DNA of 64,000 bases from Gammaproteobacteria bacterium (GCA_037388705.1 JARRJY010000002.1:164-64163); one strand, 5' to 3'. Shown: positions 1 to 10,486, counted from the stretch's first letter. The notes: generated by a model not told the origin, from the letters alone. Made by a program: numbers and translations.

Positions 1-354
1 GTCACGCATGGTGGCCTGATGGTCGCTGCACCGTTATACCTGTTAACGTGGTTTAGCTACGATGGGGTATTGCCGGAACACATCACAACGCGTGCCCTGA
101 TGGCGATACTGTACCTGGCGGTATTTGGTTCCGTGCTGGGATTTATGATGTATTACTACATCCTGAAACACATGGAAGCAAGTCGTGTTGCACTGGCAAC
201 ATTAATCACGCCAGTAACAGCGCTGATGTTAGGACAGTTACTCAATAACGAATCATTGAATCCGGTTGTCTGGATCGGTACAGCGATGATTCTTGTTGGC
301 ATGTCTTTTTATCAGTGGGGCAGCAAACTGGTAGAGATATTTATCAAGGAGTAA
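1..354 (+). CDS. EamA/DMT-family transporter, C-terminal part (5' end lies outside the window)
   Basis: The frame is open from base 1. The translation is hydrophobic with multiple TM segments (LYLAVFGSVLGFMMYYYILKH...ATLITPVTALMLGQLL), typical of the second EamA repeat. Confidence 0.7.
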   Translation, partial: VTHGGLMVAAPLYLLTWFSYDGVLPEHITTRALMAILYLAVFGSVLGFMMYYYILKHMEASRVALATLITPVTALMLGQLLNNESLNPVVWIGTAMILVGMSFYQWGSKLVEIFIKE

Positions 355-359
355 AAGAA

Positions 360-1151
360 ATGGAACTTCAATATTACCAGGTTAATGCTTTTACCACTAA
401 ATTCTCGGGAGGCAACCCCGCAGGGGTTTGCCCCCTGCCGGATTGGTTGCCAGATAAACTGATGCAGGCGGTAGCAAGGGAAAATGACCTGTCAGAAACC
501 GCTTTTTTTGTGAAAAATGGAAACGAGTTTGACTTACGCTGGTTTACACCCAGTGTTGAAGTTGATCTTTGCGGTCATGCTACGCTGGCATCAGCACACG
601 TGTTATTCCATGAAATGAATCATGCCGCGGAAGAAATCGTTTTCAATACAAGAAGCGGAGCACTAATTGTTGGCAAACACGGTAACGACTATGTCATGGA
701 GATGCCGGTTATCAAGGCAAACACAACTTCAGTGCCTGATAACCTGATAAACGGCCTGGGGCGCAGACCAGGAGAAGCCTACCAGGCGGATGATTACCTG
801 CTGGTTTATGATGACGAGGTTTTTATTGCTGAACTTGAGCCTGATTTTTCTCTTATTCAGGATATCGAACGACGTGGAACAATCGTTACAGCACCATCCA
901 GTGAAGAAGGCGTGGATTTTGTCTCACGTTTTTTCGGCAGCGCGGCAGTGGGAATCGATGAGGATCCGGCCACAGGTTCAGCGCATTGCATGTTGACGCC
1001 TTACTGGAGTAAACGCTTATCAAAGGCAGAACTTGTGGCAAAGCAATTATCATCACGTGGTGCAGATTTCAAATGCCAGCTAGCCGATAACAAGGTATTT
1101 ATTTCAGGGCAGGCGGTTACTTATATAAAGGGTAACCTGTATATAGACTAA
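360..1151 (+). CDS. PhzF-family (phenazine biosynthesis-like) isomerase
   Basis: MELQYYQVNAFT...GNPAGV...ETAFF...RWFTP..EVDLCGHATLA...DPATGSAHC are hallmark PhzF/YddE motifs. The start is taken at the internal ATG at 360; the ORF-track start at 315 overlaps the upstream gene. Confidence 0.8.
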   Translation: MELQYYQVNAFTTKFSGGNPAGVCPLPDWLPDKLMQAVARENDLSETAFFVKNGNEFDLRWFTPSVEVDLCGHATLASAHVLFHEMNHAAEEIVFNTRSGALIVGKHGNDYVMEMPVIKANTTSVPDNLINGLGRRPGEAYQADDYLLVYDDEVFIAELEPDFSLIQDIERRGTIVTAPSSEEGVDFVSRFFGSAAVGIDEDPATGSAHCMLTPYWSKRLSKAELVAKQLSSRGADFKCQLADNKVFISGQAVTYIKGNLYID

Positions 1152-1275
1152 AAATTTTGTGTATAAGGCAGGTATTACTTGTCTTTGTTGCTGTGCTTTT
1201 GCTATTAATAGGTCATTAGGATATTTACCGGGGTCATGATAACCCGGCAAGTAGGGCGTTATTAATTTCAGAAGT

Positions 1276-2619
1276 ATGCATTACTCTAAACTACTCTCTC
1301 TCGTTCTAGTCGGGTTAATTCTTGTCTCCAGCCTGTCCTGTACGGATAACGTTGATAAAATCAAGCAACGTGGTGAACTCATTGTTGTAACCAGGAATGC
1401 ACCTACAACTTATTACGAAGCCCGTGATGGTTTAGCCGGTGTTGAATATGAACTGGCCAGCAGCTTTGCCGAGGCAATGAAAGTAAAATTAAGATTTATT
1501 GTTAAGGACAGCCTGGAAGATATATTTCGTGCGATTGAAAAAAACGAGGCTGATTTTGCGGCTGCGGGCCTGACGAAAACAGCACAGCGCACCAATGGTT
1601 TTCTTTTCAGTGATTCCTATCAAGAGGTGCAACAACAACTGGTATGTCGACGTGGAGGTGCCAGGCCCAAGAAGGTATCAGATTTAACGGACATAAACCT
1701 GGTGATTCCGGCTAAAAGCAGTTACTCGGAGCAGCTTGCAAAATTAAAAAAGAAGCACCCGGAACTTAGCTGGCGTGAGGATTCAGAAAAGGATACTGAA
1801 GAACTGCTTGACATGGTGTGGCAGCGTAAACTGGACTGCACGGTTGCTGATTCCAATATTGTTGCGATTAATCGTCGTTATTTCCCGGAACTGGTTGTAC
1901 GGTTTAATCTTACTGAACCGGAACCACTTGGCTGGCTATTGCATAAAGATAATACTGATTTAAAACACAGAATAAATGCCTGGCTAACAGCACATAAGTT
2001 TTCGGGTAAACTGTCACAGGTTATTGAGAAATATTACGGGTTTATCGAGGTTTTTGATTACGTTGATAACCGCCATTATCAACGCGCTATAAAAAAGAGA
2101 TTACCGGCCTTCAAAAAACTGTTCCAGAAACATGCCAAGAAACATGACTTGCCATGGACATTACTGGCAGCACAGTCTTACCAGGAGTCTCACTGGAGAG
2201 CGAGGGCGAAAAGTCCTACCGGCGTCCGCGGTATCATGATGTTAACGCAAGCAACTGCAAGGGAATTAAACATTAGCAACCGGCTTGATCCTGTGCAGAG
2301 TATTAAAGGTGGTGCAAAATATTTATCTCGCCTGATCCATCGCATCCCTGAGGATGTTAAGCAACCGGACAGGACCTGGTTTGCATTGGCTGCCTATAAT
2401 ATTGGCATGGGTCATTTGTATGATGCGCGCAAACTGGCACGAAACCTGGGCAAGAATCCCTCGCTGTGGTCTGACCTGGAACAGGTTTTCCCCCTGTTGA
2501 CACAAAAGAAATATTATCGGCACCTAAAACACGGATATGCGCGCGGCAGTGAACCAGTCAGGTATGTTCAGCGTATCCGGGATTACCAGGATATCCTGGA
2601 AAGAAATAGCTCTTTTTAA
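1276..2619 (+). CDS. mltF: membrane-bound lytic murein transglycosylase F (solute-binding-like domain + SLT domain)
   Basis: Lipoprotein-like N-terminus (LVSSLSC), an N-terminal type-3 PBP-like domain, and a C-terminal SLT catalytic region (AAQSYQESHW...GVRGIMMLT...AYNIG). Confidence 0.8.
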   Translation: MHYSKLLSLVLVGLILVSSLSCTDNVDKIKQRGELIVVTRNAPTTYYEARDGLAGVEYELASSFAEAMKVKLRFIVKDSLEDIFRAIEKNEADFAAAGLTKTAQRTNGFLFSDSYQEVQQQLVCRRGGARPKKVSDLTDINLVIPAKSSYSEQLAKLKKKHPELSWREDSEKDTEELLDMVWQRKLDCTVADSNIVAINRRYFPELVVRFNLTEPEPLGWLLHKDNTDLKHRINAWLTAHKFSGKLSQVIEKYYGFIEVFDYVDNRHYQRAIKKRLPAFKKLFQKHAKKHDLPWTLLAAQSYQESHWRARAKSPTGVRGIMMLTQATARELNISNRLDPVQSIKGGAKYLSRLIHRIPEDVKQPDRTWFALAAYNIGMGHLYDARKLARNLGKNPSLWSDLEQVFPLLTQKKYYRHLKHGYARGSEPVRYVQRIRDYQDILERNSSF

Positions 2620-2637
2620 GTCACTCCCGGGAGTGAC
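2620..2637 (+). terminator. perfect palindrome/hairpin immediately after the mltF stop codon
   Basis: GTCACTCCCGGGAGTGAC is an 18-nt perfect palindrome starting 1 nt after the TAA. There is no clear U-tract, so terminator function is tentative. Confidence 0.35.
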
Positions 2638-2763
2638 TGTCAATACTTAAATCCTGCTCAAAATCTCCTTTACGCTGTTCTTTATTAAATGTAAACCATT
2701 TACAATTAATGCCGATAAATAAAGTCAATTAGTAATACATCTCGCGAGCAACTGGTACAGACA

Positions 2764-3608
2764 ATGAAACCACTGAAAAAGAATATGGATATTCGTCTGC
2801 TGGTTATGGTTTTAATTTTTGCACTAACGAGCCGGGTGGGTTACCCACAGAGCAAGGAAAAGCAGGCTTACCTGGTTGGTTATGCGCAGGATACCATGGC
2901 CAATGACTGGCGTTCTGCACAGGTCAGGGAAATCCAAAAAGAATTCAGAAAATATCCCTACATTCGATTTATCTATACCGATGCGAAAGGGCAAAGCACA
3001 AAACAGATTAAGGATATGGAGGATCTGGTTTATCAGAAAGTTGATGTGCTGATGACCAGCCCGAGGGATGCCATACTCAGCACACCTGTTATCAGCAGGA
3101 TCTATAAATCCGGTATCCCGGTTGTGTTGATCACGCGCGACATTAAGTCAAAAGATTACACCTCGTTAGTTGCACCGGATGATCTTGCGATAGCCAAAAG
3201 AGCGGCATCAAAAAATTTCCAAAAATTAATATTGTTGCCATAAAGGATGCCAACTATCTGAGGGCAGATGCGATCAAGGCAATTGACTCAGTTCTTGCTG
3301 AAGGCAAAAAGTTTGATGCCATATATGCGCAAAGTGACAGCATGGCCAGTGGTGCCAGGATTGCCCTGAAAAAGGCGGGTATCAGGCCGGAAAGCAAAAT
3401 CATCGTCGGGATTGATTATATCAACGAAGCACGCGAAGCGATCCGAAACGGCCAGCAAGCTGCTTCCTTTCTCTACCCCACTTCGGCAAAGGAGGCCGTC
3501 GAAACGGTAGTGAAAATTCTGCAGGGAAAAAAGGTTGCCAGGAGAGTCGTGGTTAAGTCTGATATGGTCACCAGGAAAAACGTAGAGAAAATCGATCCGA
3601 TTTTCTAG
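2764..3608 (+). pseudogene. periplasmic sugar-binding protein (type I PBP, RbsB/TorT-like), disrupted by a frameshift and an apparent internal deletion
   Basis: ORFs 2764-3243 and 3342-3608 are the N- and C-halves of one PBP. Reading the second frame back to 3183 gives ...KKFPKINIVAIKDANYLRADAIKAIDSVLAEGKKFDAIYAQSDSMASGA. The frame switch must lie between 3183 and 3240, and an A6 run sits at 3210-3215. Confidence 0.6.
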
Positions 3609-3617
3609 TTAGCCTAT

Positions 3618-6044
3618 ATGTTAAAACGCATCCCATCAATCAAATCAAAGCTGGTTGCACTCTTATTGTTGTCTGTTGGCGGTAGTATCATATTTGCCGG
3701 TATTGCGATTAGTTATTTTTTAATAAGTGAGTATGAAGAAAAAACACACCATGATTTTGATGAGTTTTACAAACAAGTACGGTCTCGCCTGAATGAAACT
3801 ACGAAGGAAATTACAACTTCAGCAACAAATATTGCCGGGCATGAAAATATTGTCTCGGCAAGCAGCTTTATTTCAGAATACATGGACCGGGAAAATTACC
3901 AGCCACTGGTGTTTGATGGGGAAAAACAAAAAATTGCCGGTCAATTAGCCAAGTACAGTATATCTGCCAACATGGATCATGTGCAATTGTATGATAACAA
4001 TGGCTGGCTGGTTAGCTTTACAGATAAAGAATCAGGTCATGCTAACCAGGGTTACCTGTCATTTTTTAACGGTAGGCCTGTTATGTATGTTAATACAATT
4101 AACAATAGTGAAAAATGGAAACGGCTTGATGGTGACTACCCTGATATCGCGATTAAAATAAGACAGACAGACTTTAAATATGAGTCGCCTTATGTTTTCA
4201 ATGAAGATCGTATTGGTATTGAAATATCACGTCCTGTTATCAGGCAATTTCCAGATAAAACTAAAAAACGGGTAGGTACCCTGGTTGCTACAATTTACCT
4301 GAACCGGGAATTTATCGACAAACTCAGGCAATCCCCAAATTATAATCATGCTTTTATTCTAAATAATAAATTCATCGTCGGCGTAGAAAACAGGGATATT
4401 GCTTTAATTGATTTTTCATCAGCTCCTGATCTGTTGTCAGGTAAATTAAGCGATAATGCAGGTGTGTTTGAAAATGATGATTATCATATTCATGCATACT
4501 CTGTTGCAATGAAAGATGGCAACAAGTTCAGCATTGTTTCATACATGAGTGAAGACGTTATTTACAGGGATGTTAGTAATAAATTAAAGATAATTTTCTT
4601 TGTGTTCTTGATTTCTACTTTAATAGTTCTTACAGCTGGACTGATCTTTGCTAAAAAGACAGTTGTTGAACCAGTCGAAAAGCTGATTGAAGTAGCCAGG
4701 CAAATTAAGTTAGGTAACTACAGGCTTGAAATATCCCCACAGAATATTAGTGAGTTTAGCTTATTAAGCAAGACAATGAGCAAGATGGCATCGACTATTG
4801 AAGACAGGGAAAAAGAACTGCGTAAGGCACATGATTTTCTTGAGGAGAGGGTTCGCGACAGGACAAAAGAACTGGAGTTGTCAAATGAACGCCTTATGGA
4901 TGAAATTCACCAGAGAAAATCAATTGAGGTAAAATTAAAAGAATCTAAAGATGTACTGCAGTCAGTACTGGATAATATCCCTCAATTTGTGTTCTGGAAA
5001 GATAGCGATTCAAGGTACCTTGGCTGTAACCGTAATTTTCTTGAAGCCACAGGGTTAGACAACCTGTCAGAGTTAATTGGTAAAACTGATTATGATATGC
5101 CATGGAGTGATACGGAAGCAGAAGACTATCGCAAGGATGATAAAGATGTCATGGATAACGGAGTGGCAAAATTACATATCCAGGAAACTCAGCATACTGC
5201 TGATGGAAAAACCATATACGTTGACACAAACAAGATCCCGCTTTTTGATGAAAATGATAACGTTGTGGGTATCCTGGGTACGTATGAAGATATCACTGAA
5301 AGAAAACTGATAGAACAGGAATTGATTAGTGCCAAGGAACAAGCCGAAGGGTCCAGCAGGGCCAAGTCAGAGTTTCTTTCAAAAATGAGTCACGAATTAC
5401 GCACGCCGTTAAATGCTATACTGGGTTTTTCCCAGTTGCTGGAACAGGACCCCGTTGAACCCTTATCTGAAACACAACAAGACAGTGTCAGTGAAATTAT
5501 TGTTGCCGGTAATCATTTACTTAGCCTTATAAACGAAATTCTGGATCTTGCCCGCATTGAATCAGGTCGCATGGTTATAAACCTGGAACCGGTAAACCTT
5601 GCCGATTGTATAAAAGAATGTATGCAACTGGTTTCCGGGAATGCCAATGAACAGGGTGTCAGGCTTCAAACGAATATTAATAACGATGATATTACTGTCA
5701 ATGCAGATGCATTGCGCCTTAAGCAGATTATGCTGAACCTGTTAAGTAATGCCATAAAATATAACAAAAAGGATGGTGAAGTTATTATCGGTACGGATAT
5801 CGATGAACTGGGTATGGCCCGAGTAAAAATCACAGACACTGGTATTGGTATTTTAGAACAACATATGGAGAATTTATTTACACCGTTTGACAGGCTGACA
5901 CAGGATAAAGATGGTCGCCAGGGAACTGGTATCGGGCTGGTGATCTCCCGTGACCTTGTTCGGTTAATGGGTGGCGATATGTATGTTGAAAGCAAGGAAG
6001 GACAGGGATCGACTTTTAGCTTTACCCTTCCTTTGGCAAAATAA
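3618..6044 (+). CDS. sensor histidine kinase (TM, ~300-aa periplasmic domain, TM, HAMP, coiled coil, PAS, HisKA, HATPase_c); no receiver domain
   Basis: Two TM segments, PAS signature (LQSVLDNIPQFVFWKDSDSRYLGCNRNFLEATG), H-box (SHELRTPLNAILGF), N-box (LLSNAIKYN) and G-boxes (DTGIGI, GTGIGL). Confidence 0.85.
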   Translation: MLKRIPSIKSKLVALLLLSVGGSIIFAGIAISYFLISEYEEKTHHDFDEFYKQVRSRLNETTKEITTSATNIAGHENIVSASSFISEYMDRENYQPLVFDGEKQKIAGQLAKYSISANMDHVQLYDNNGWLVSFTDKESGHANQGYLSFFNGRPVMYVNTINNSEKWKRLDGDYPDIAIKIRQTDFKYESPYVFNEDRIGIEISRPVIRQFPDKTKKRVGTLVATIYLNREFIDKLRQSPNYNHAFILNNKFIVGVENRDIALIDFSSAPDLLSGKLSDNAGVFENDDYHIHAYSVAMKDGNKFSIVSYMSEDVIYRDVSNKLKIIFFVFLISTLIVLTAGLIFAKKTVVEPVEKLIEVARQIKLGNYRLEISPQNISEFSLLSKTMSKMASTIEDREKELRKAHDFLEERVRDRTKELELSNERLMDEIHQRKSIEVKLKESKDVLQSVLDNIPQFVFWKDSDSRYLGCNRNFLEATGLDNLSELIGKTDYDMPWSDTEAEDYRKDDKDVMDNGVAKLHIQETQHTADGKTIYVDTNKIPLFDENDNVVGILGTYEDITERKLIEQELISAKEQAEGSSRAKSEFLSKMSHELRTPLNAILGFSQLLEQDPVEPLSETQQDSVSEIIVAGNHLLSLINEILDLARIESGRMVINLEPVNLADCIKECMQLVSGNANEQGVRLQTNINNDDITVNADALRLKQIMLNLLSNAIKYNKKDGEVIIGTDIDELGMARVKITDTGIGILEQHMENLFTPFDRLTQDKDGRQGTGIGLVISRDLVRLMGGDMYVESKEGQGSTFSFTLPLAK

Positions 6045-6050
6045 ACTGCT

Positions 6051-7265
6051 TTATTTACTGTAATGGGTTTCCACGTAGTGCTGAACAATTTTCTGGAACT
6101 CTGACGCGATATTATCTCCCTTGAGGGTGACATCTTTTTGTCCATCTACATAAACGGGAGCCACAGGTTTTTCGCCTGTACCCGGTAAACTAATGCCAAT
6201 GTTGGCATGCTTGCTTTCACCCGGGCCATTTACCACGCAACCCATTACTGCAACGATCATGTTTTCTACGCCGGGATGGGTTTTACTCCAAACGGGCATT
6301 TGCTGGCGCAAGTAATTTTCGATGTCCCTGGCCAGCTGCTGGAAGTAGGTTGAAGAGGTGCGGCCACATCCGGGACACGCGACAACGCTGGGTGTAAAAG
6401 AACGTAACCCGATGGCCTGTAAAATTTCCTGAGCAACGATGACTTCTTTTTCACGTTTACCATGGGGTTCTGGTGTTAATGAAATGCGAATGGTATCGCC
6501 GATACCCTGTTGTAACAGGACAGATAAAGCTGCAGTCGAGGCCACGATACCTTTGCTCCCCATACCGGCTTCGGTTAAACCGAGGTGCAAGGGATAGTCG
6601 CATTGACCTGAAAGATCTTCATAGACACTAATTAAATCCTGTACCCCGCTCATTTTGCATGACAGGATAATCTTGTCATGGGCCAGCCCGTATTCTTCTG
6701 CCTGTTGGGCACTTTCCAGCGCGGAGGTTACCATCGCTTCGTGCATAACGGCTTTTGGATCTTTAGGTTCAGCGCGTTTGGCATTGTCATCCATGATACG
6801 CGCAAGTAGTGCCTGGTCCAGGCTGCCCCAGTTCACACCAATACGCACCGGCTTGTCGTACTTGCAGGCAACTTCAATCATGCTGGCATATTGTTCATCA
6901 CGCTTTTTGCCTTTACCTACGTTGCCGGGATTAATGCGGTACTTTGCGAGTGCCTCGGCACACTCTGGGTACTGGGCCAGTAACTTGTGACCGTTAAAAT
7001 GAAAGTCACCGATTAATGGTACATCACAGTTAGCCTTATCCAGCCCTTCACGGATGCCGGCAACTGCGGCAGCAGCTTCCGCACTGTTTACAGTAATACG
7101 CACCAGTTCAGATCCAGCCTGCGCCAGTTGCAGGACCTGTTCAATGGTCGCTTTTGCATCAACAGTATCCGTATTGGTCATGGATTGCACAACAACCGGA
7201 GCATTACCACCTACAGTGATTTGTCCGATTTTGACAGCAACAGTTTGTTTACGCTGGATATTCAT
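6051..7265 (-). CDS. ispG: 4-hydroxy-3-methylbut-2-en-1-yl diphosphate synthase (flavodoxin)
   Basis: Full-length match to the GcpE/IspG family ([38 protein letters not shown]). The start is taken at MNIQRKQT; the longer ORF-track start is probably spurious. Confidence 0.93.
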   Translation of the reverse strand: MNIQRKQTVAVKIGQITVGGNAPVVVQSMTNTDTVDAKATIEQVLQLAQAGSELVRITVNSAEAAAAVAGIREGLDKANCDVPLIGDFHFNGHKLLAQYPECAEALAKYRINPGNVGKGKKRDEQYASMIEVACKYDKPVRIGVNWGSLDQALLARIMDDNAKRAEPKDPKAVMHEAMVTSALESAQQAEEYGLAHDKIILSCKMSGVQDLISVYEDLSGQCDYPLHLGLTEAGMGSKGIVASTAALSVLLQQGIGDTIRISLTPEPHGKREKEVIVAQEILQAIGLRSFTPSVVACPGCGRTSSTYFQQLARDIENYLRQQMPVWSKTHPGVENMIVAVMGCVVNGPGESKHANIGISLPGTGEKPVAPVYVDGQKDVTLKGDNIASEFQKIVQHYVETHYSK

Positions 7266-7425
7266 TTTGACCTTGCAGTGCTTACCTGAAAGAAACGCGA
7301 TCATAGCACATCGCTATGCTTTGTCAGGCGTGATGTGGTCCGCGCATTTGCTGAAAAAAGTGGATATAATCAGCGCAGTCATCACAAATTCTAACCATAA
7401 GTATATCAAAATCAGGGGTGGGGAA

Positions 7426-8262
7426 ATGAGTTCACAGCAAGACAAATTAACACAAGCCGAACAAGCCGATCGTCATGTGTTATACCAGGAGTCGGTACAG
7501 TGTCCCGAGGCTGAAGTGGACTTTATCAGTAAAACCTATGAAGCCCTGAAAGGCCGTAAAGCCATCAGTATGAAAGAAGATTTTGGCGGCACCGGTTACC
7601 TGTCAGTAGAATGGGCCAAAAGTGATCCTGAACGTACTGCGATCGTGGTGGATATTGATAAGCCGACTCTGGACTGGGGACAGAAAAATAATGCTGAAGA
7701 AGCTGGTAGTGATGTTGCCAGACGTGTTGAATATATCGAAGCGGATGTACGTGATATTACCGAACCAAAAGTCGATGTTATTAATGCTTTCAACTTCAGT
7801 TACTGCATTTTTGAAACGCGTGATGAAATGCGCAAATACTTCGAGGTCACGCGTGAAGGTCTGAAAGATGACGGTATCCTGGTTCTGGATCTGTTCGGTG
7901 GCACAGAAGCCATGGATGTGCTGGAAGAGGAAACTGAGCTGGACGACTTTGATGCCACTTACCGCTGGGAACATGTTTCTTTCAACCCGATTAACAATCA
8001 TATGGAATGCGCCATTCATTTTGATTTTGACGATGGCTCTTCCTTGGAAAATGCCTTTACCTATGCCTGGCGTTTATGGTCAATCCCGGAAATTCGCGAA
8101 CTACTGGAAGAAGCGGGTTATAGCAAGATCCGCATTTACTGGGAGGAATATGTCGACAGTGATGATGATGACGATGAACTTGAAGGTACCGGTGAATACT
8201 ACGAGACTGAAGAAGTGGAAAATCAGGAATCGTGGATGATTTACATTGTTGCTGAAAAGTAA
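7426..8262 (+). CDS. class I SAM-dependent methyltransferase with an acidic C-terminal tail
   Basis: Begins at MSSQQDKL after GGGGAA. Has a SAM motif I-like segment (EDFGGTGYLS) and VVDID. The upstream part of the 402-aa ORF is antisense to ispG and was rejected. Confidence 0.7.
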   Translation: MSSQQDKLTQAEQADRHVLYQESVQCPEAEVDFISKTYEALKGRKAISMKEDFGGTGYLSVEWAKSDPERTAIVVDIDKPTLDWGQKNNAEEAGSDVARRVEYIEADVRDITEPKVDVINAFNFSYCIFETRDEMRKYFEVTREGLKDDGILVLDLFGGTEAMDVLEEETELDDFDATYRWEHVSFNPINNHMECAIHFDFDDGSSLENAFTYAWRLWSIPEIRELLEEAGYSKIRIYWEEYVDSDDDDDELEGTGEYYETEEVENQESWMIYIVAEK

Positions 8263-8284
8263 CCTGCACTATTTGTCGAGTTAA

Positions 8285-8312
8285 CAACGGGCTCATTTGA
8301 GCCCGTTTTTTT
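8285..8312 (+). terminator. rho-independent terminator (9-bp GC-rich stem + T-run)
   Basis: AACGGGCTC-ATTT-GAGCCCGTT followed by TTTTTTT. It lies between the convergent methyltransferase and MBL genes. Confidence 0.65.
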
Positions 8313-9018
8313 ATTGTTTCTTTATCAACTCGGCATGGTAGGGGCTATGTCGAATCTTGTCATGTTGATGCATGCGGTAATCAACAAACTTGTCCTTATC
8401 ATGAAAATGCATGAACGGATTTCCTTCGCATTGTTCATGTATAGTCGCGGTAGATTGATCGGAATAGTTATGTCCTGGCAGGGTAACCGTATCACCCGGT
8501 AGATTTGCCAGCTTGTTCAGGGTATCAAACATCTGGTTTGGATCACCGCCGCTTAAATCACAACGACCGCAACCCCAGACAAACATAGTGTCGCCGGTAA
8601 TCAATTGTTCGTCGATGTGGTAACAGGCCGAACCGGGGGTGTGGCCTGGTGTATGTAAAATTTCAATTTCACTTTTCCCCAGCTGGATACGATCACCACC
8701 ATGATGCAAGGTGGGTAAATCCAGGTGTTGTCCCCAGAACTGGGCTTCCGCCTTTAACAGGTGGAGCTGGGCATCATATTTATTCAGTATGGCTTCGATA
8801 CCATTGATGTGATCATGGTGACTATGAGTAAGCAGAATATCAGTGATTGTGACGCCTTTTTGTTCTGCCAGACGGATAATTTCCGGGACTTCCCAGGCCG
8901 GGTCAACCACCGCGGCGCGCCGGGTCTGTTTATCGGTAATGAGATAAATTAAGTTTTCCATGGGACCCAGCTCAAGGGCGTCAATGGAAAATTGTTCGTT
9001 GTCGGCAACTGTCGTCAT
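8311..9018 (-). CDS. MBL-fold metallo-hydrolase (glyoxalase II-like)
   Basis: THSHHDH metal-binding motif, plus HTPGHTPGS and downstream D/H ligands. Confidence 0.8.
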   Translation of the reverse strand: MTTVADNEQFSIDALELGPMENLIYLITDKQTRRAAVVDPAWEVPEIIRLAEQKGVTITDILLTHSHHDHINGIEAILNKYDAQLHLLKAEAQFWGQHLDLPTLHHGGDRIQLGKSEIEILHTPGHTPGSACYHIDEQLITGDTMFVWGCGRCDLSGGDPNQMFDTLNKLANLPGDTVTLPGHNYSDQSTATIHEQCEGNPFMHFHDKDKFVDYRMHQHDKIRHSPYHAELIKKQ

Positions 9019-9033
9019 TCAGGGTTTGTCCAG

Positions 9034-9059
9034 AAATAGTTGATCAATATCAACTATTT
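9034..9059. promoter_or_regulatory. 26-bp perfect inverted repeat (11-bp arms, 4-bp spacer) in the MBL/tpm divergent intergenic region
   Basis: AAATAGTTGAT-CAAT-ATCAACTATTT lies 16-41 nt upstream of the MBL hydrolase start codon. It may be an operator or a 5'-UTR hairpin. Confidence 0.35.
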
Positions 9060-9144
9060 TACCCGTAAATAGCATGTACGTCAGAACTGAGTCCATGTAA
9101 AATGCGCGCTTTTTGTAACGCCCGAAGAAGTTTAGAGGTGAAAA

Positions 9145-9807
9145 ATGGAAGCAGCCTATTGGCATAGCCGCTGGGACAATGGCCTGGTCGGATTTCACAT
9201 GGATGATGTGAACCCATATCTCCAGAAATACTGGCCGGTGCTGGATATTCAGCCTGGCAAGAAAGTACTGGTGCCTTTGTGTGGTAAGAGTGTCGATATG
9301 CTCTGGCTGGCTGGCCAGGGCTACGAGGTCATGGGCGTGGAAATCAGTCCCGTTGCCATTGAGACCTTCTTCAATGATAGCGGTTTGGCACCGGAAGTTT
9401 TCCACCAGGGCAATTTTGAAGTATTCAGATCAGGCAATATCACCCTGTACTGTGGCGATTTTTTCGACCTGACAGCAGAAATGCTGGCTGATGTGGATGC
9501 CATCTATGATCGGGCATCACTGGTAGCCTTGCCGGAAGATATGCGCCAGCAATATGCCTCACACCTGCAGACTTTGTTTGACCACAATCCGGCGCAGGTT
9601 TTATTGGTTAGCCTCTCTTATGATCAGCAGCTGATGCAGGGACCACCATTTTCTGTGTGCGAACAGGAAATTCACGATCTGTATCAATTCCGCTATCAGC
9701 ACCGCAAATTATGCTCGTGTGAGGTTATCGAGGATAATTCCCGCTTTAAAGATAAGGGTTTAGAGTCCCTGGTTGAGTCTGTATACCTGCTAAGCAGCAA
9801 AAAATAG
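9145..9807 (+). CDS. tpm: thiopurine S-methyltransferase
   Basis: N-terminal WHSRWDNGLVGFH and VLVPLCGKSVDMLWLAGQGYEVMGVEIS are the characteristic TPMT motifs. Confidence 0.8.
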   Translation: MEAAYWHSRWDNGLVGFHMDDVNPYLQKYWPVLDIQPGKKVLVPLCGKSVDMLWLAGQGYEVMGVEISPVAIETFFNDSGLAPEVFHQGNFEVFRSGNITLYCGDFFDLTAEMLADVDAIYDRASLVALPEDMRQQYASHLQTLFDHNPAQVLLVSLSYDQQLMQGPPFSVCEQEIHDLYQFRYQHRKLCSCEVIEDNSRFKDKGLESLVESVYLLSSKK

Positions 9808-9865
9808 CTAAAAAACTAAAAAAATCAGGACGATGTTCGATATCCTAGCTTATAGAGGATAAATT

Positions 9866-10486
9866 GTGACGAAGTTCAAATTTTTAGTATTTTTTCCTGT
9901 AGCTTTTATGTGTGGATGGATGCCGGCACAGGCTGCTTATTACCTGTACCAGCTGCCAGATGGCTCGCGGATGGTGTCCGATCGGAAATTTGACAGTAAA
10001 AAGTACAAACTGGTTACCCGCAGCCGCCATCTGGATAGACTGGGCAAACTGGCGGCCAAGAAAAATGAAAACTTCCAGGCCCCGGTCATCAACTACCTGC
10101 GCTTTGAGTCTTTGATTCACCAGGCAGCCAATCGGCACAACGTTGATGCCGCCCTGGTCAAGGCAGTAATCCATACCGAGTCATACTTCAATCCTCGTGC
10201 AACATCCCGCAAAGGAGCATCAGGATTAATGCAGTTGATGCCTCAAACTGCCGAGAAGCTTGGGGTAACTGATCTGTACAATCCTCGTCAGAATATTAAC
10301 GGTGGTACCAAGTACCTCAGCCAGTTGATGAAGCGCTATAGCAACAGTTTATCGCTGGTACTGGCAGCCTATAACGCCGGTGAAAACGCTGTCGCCAGGT
10401 ATCGTGGTATTCCTCCCTACAAAGAAACCCAGAATTACGTCAAGAAAGTCCTGAGCTATCGCAATTTCTACAGTGAGTGGCCATAA
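9866..10486 (+). CDS. lytic transglycosylase domain-containing protein (SLT family), secreted
   Basis: GTG start preceded by GAGGA. Signal peptide, plus the SLT catalytic region IHTESYFNPRATSRKGASGLMQLMP...AYNAGENAV. Confidence 0.8.
   Translation: MTKFKFLVFFPVAFMCGWMPAQAAYYLYQLPDGSRMVSDRKFDSKKYKLVTRSRHLDRLGKLAAKKNENFQAPVINYLRFESLIHQAANRHNVDAALVKAVIHTESYFNPRATSRKGASGLMQLMPQTAEKLGVTDLYNPRQNINGGTKYLSQLMKRYSNSLSLVLAAYNAGENAVARYRGIPPYKETQNYVKKVLSYRNFYSEWP

Noticed and set aside
7054-7425. N-terminal 124 aa of the 402-aa ORF 7054-8262
   Set aside because: This part is antisense to ispG and has an Ala/Thr/Cys-rich mirror composition. The methyltransferase starts at ATG 7426, behind a GGGG-rich SD.
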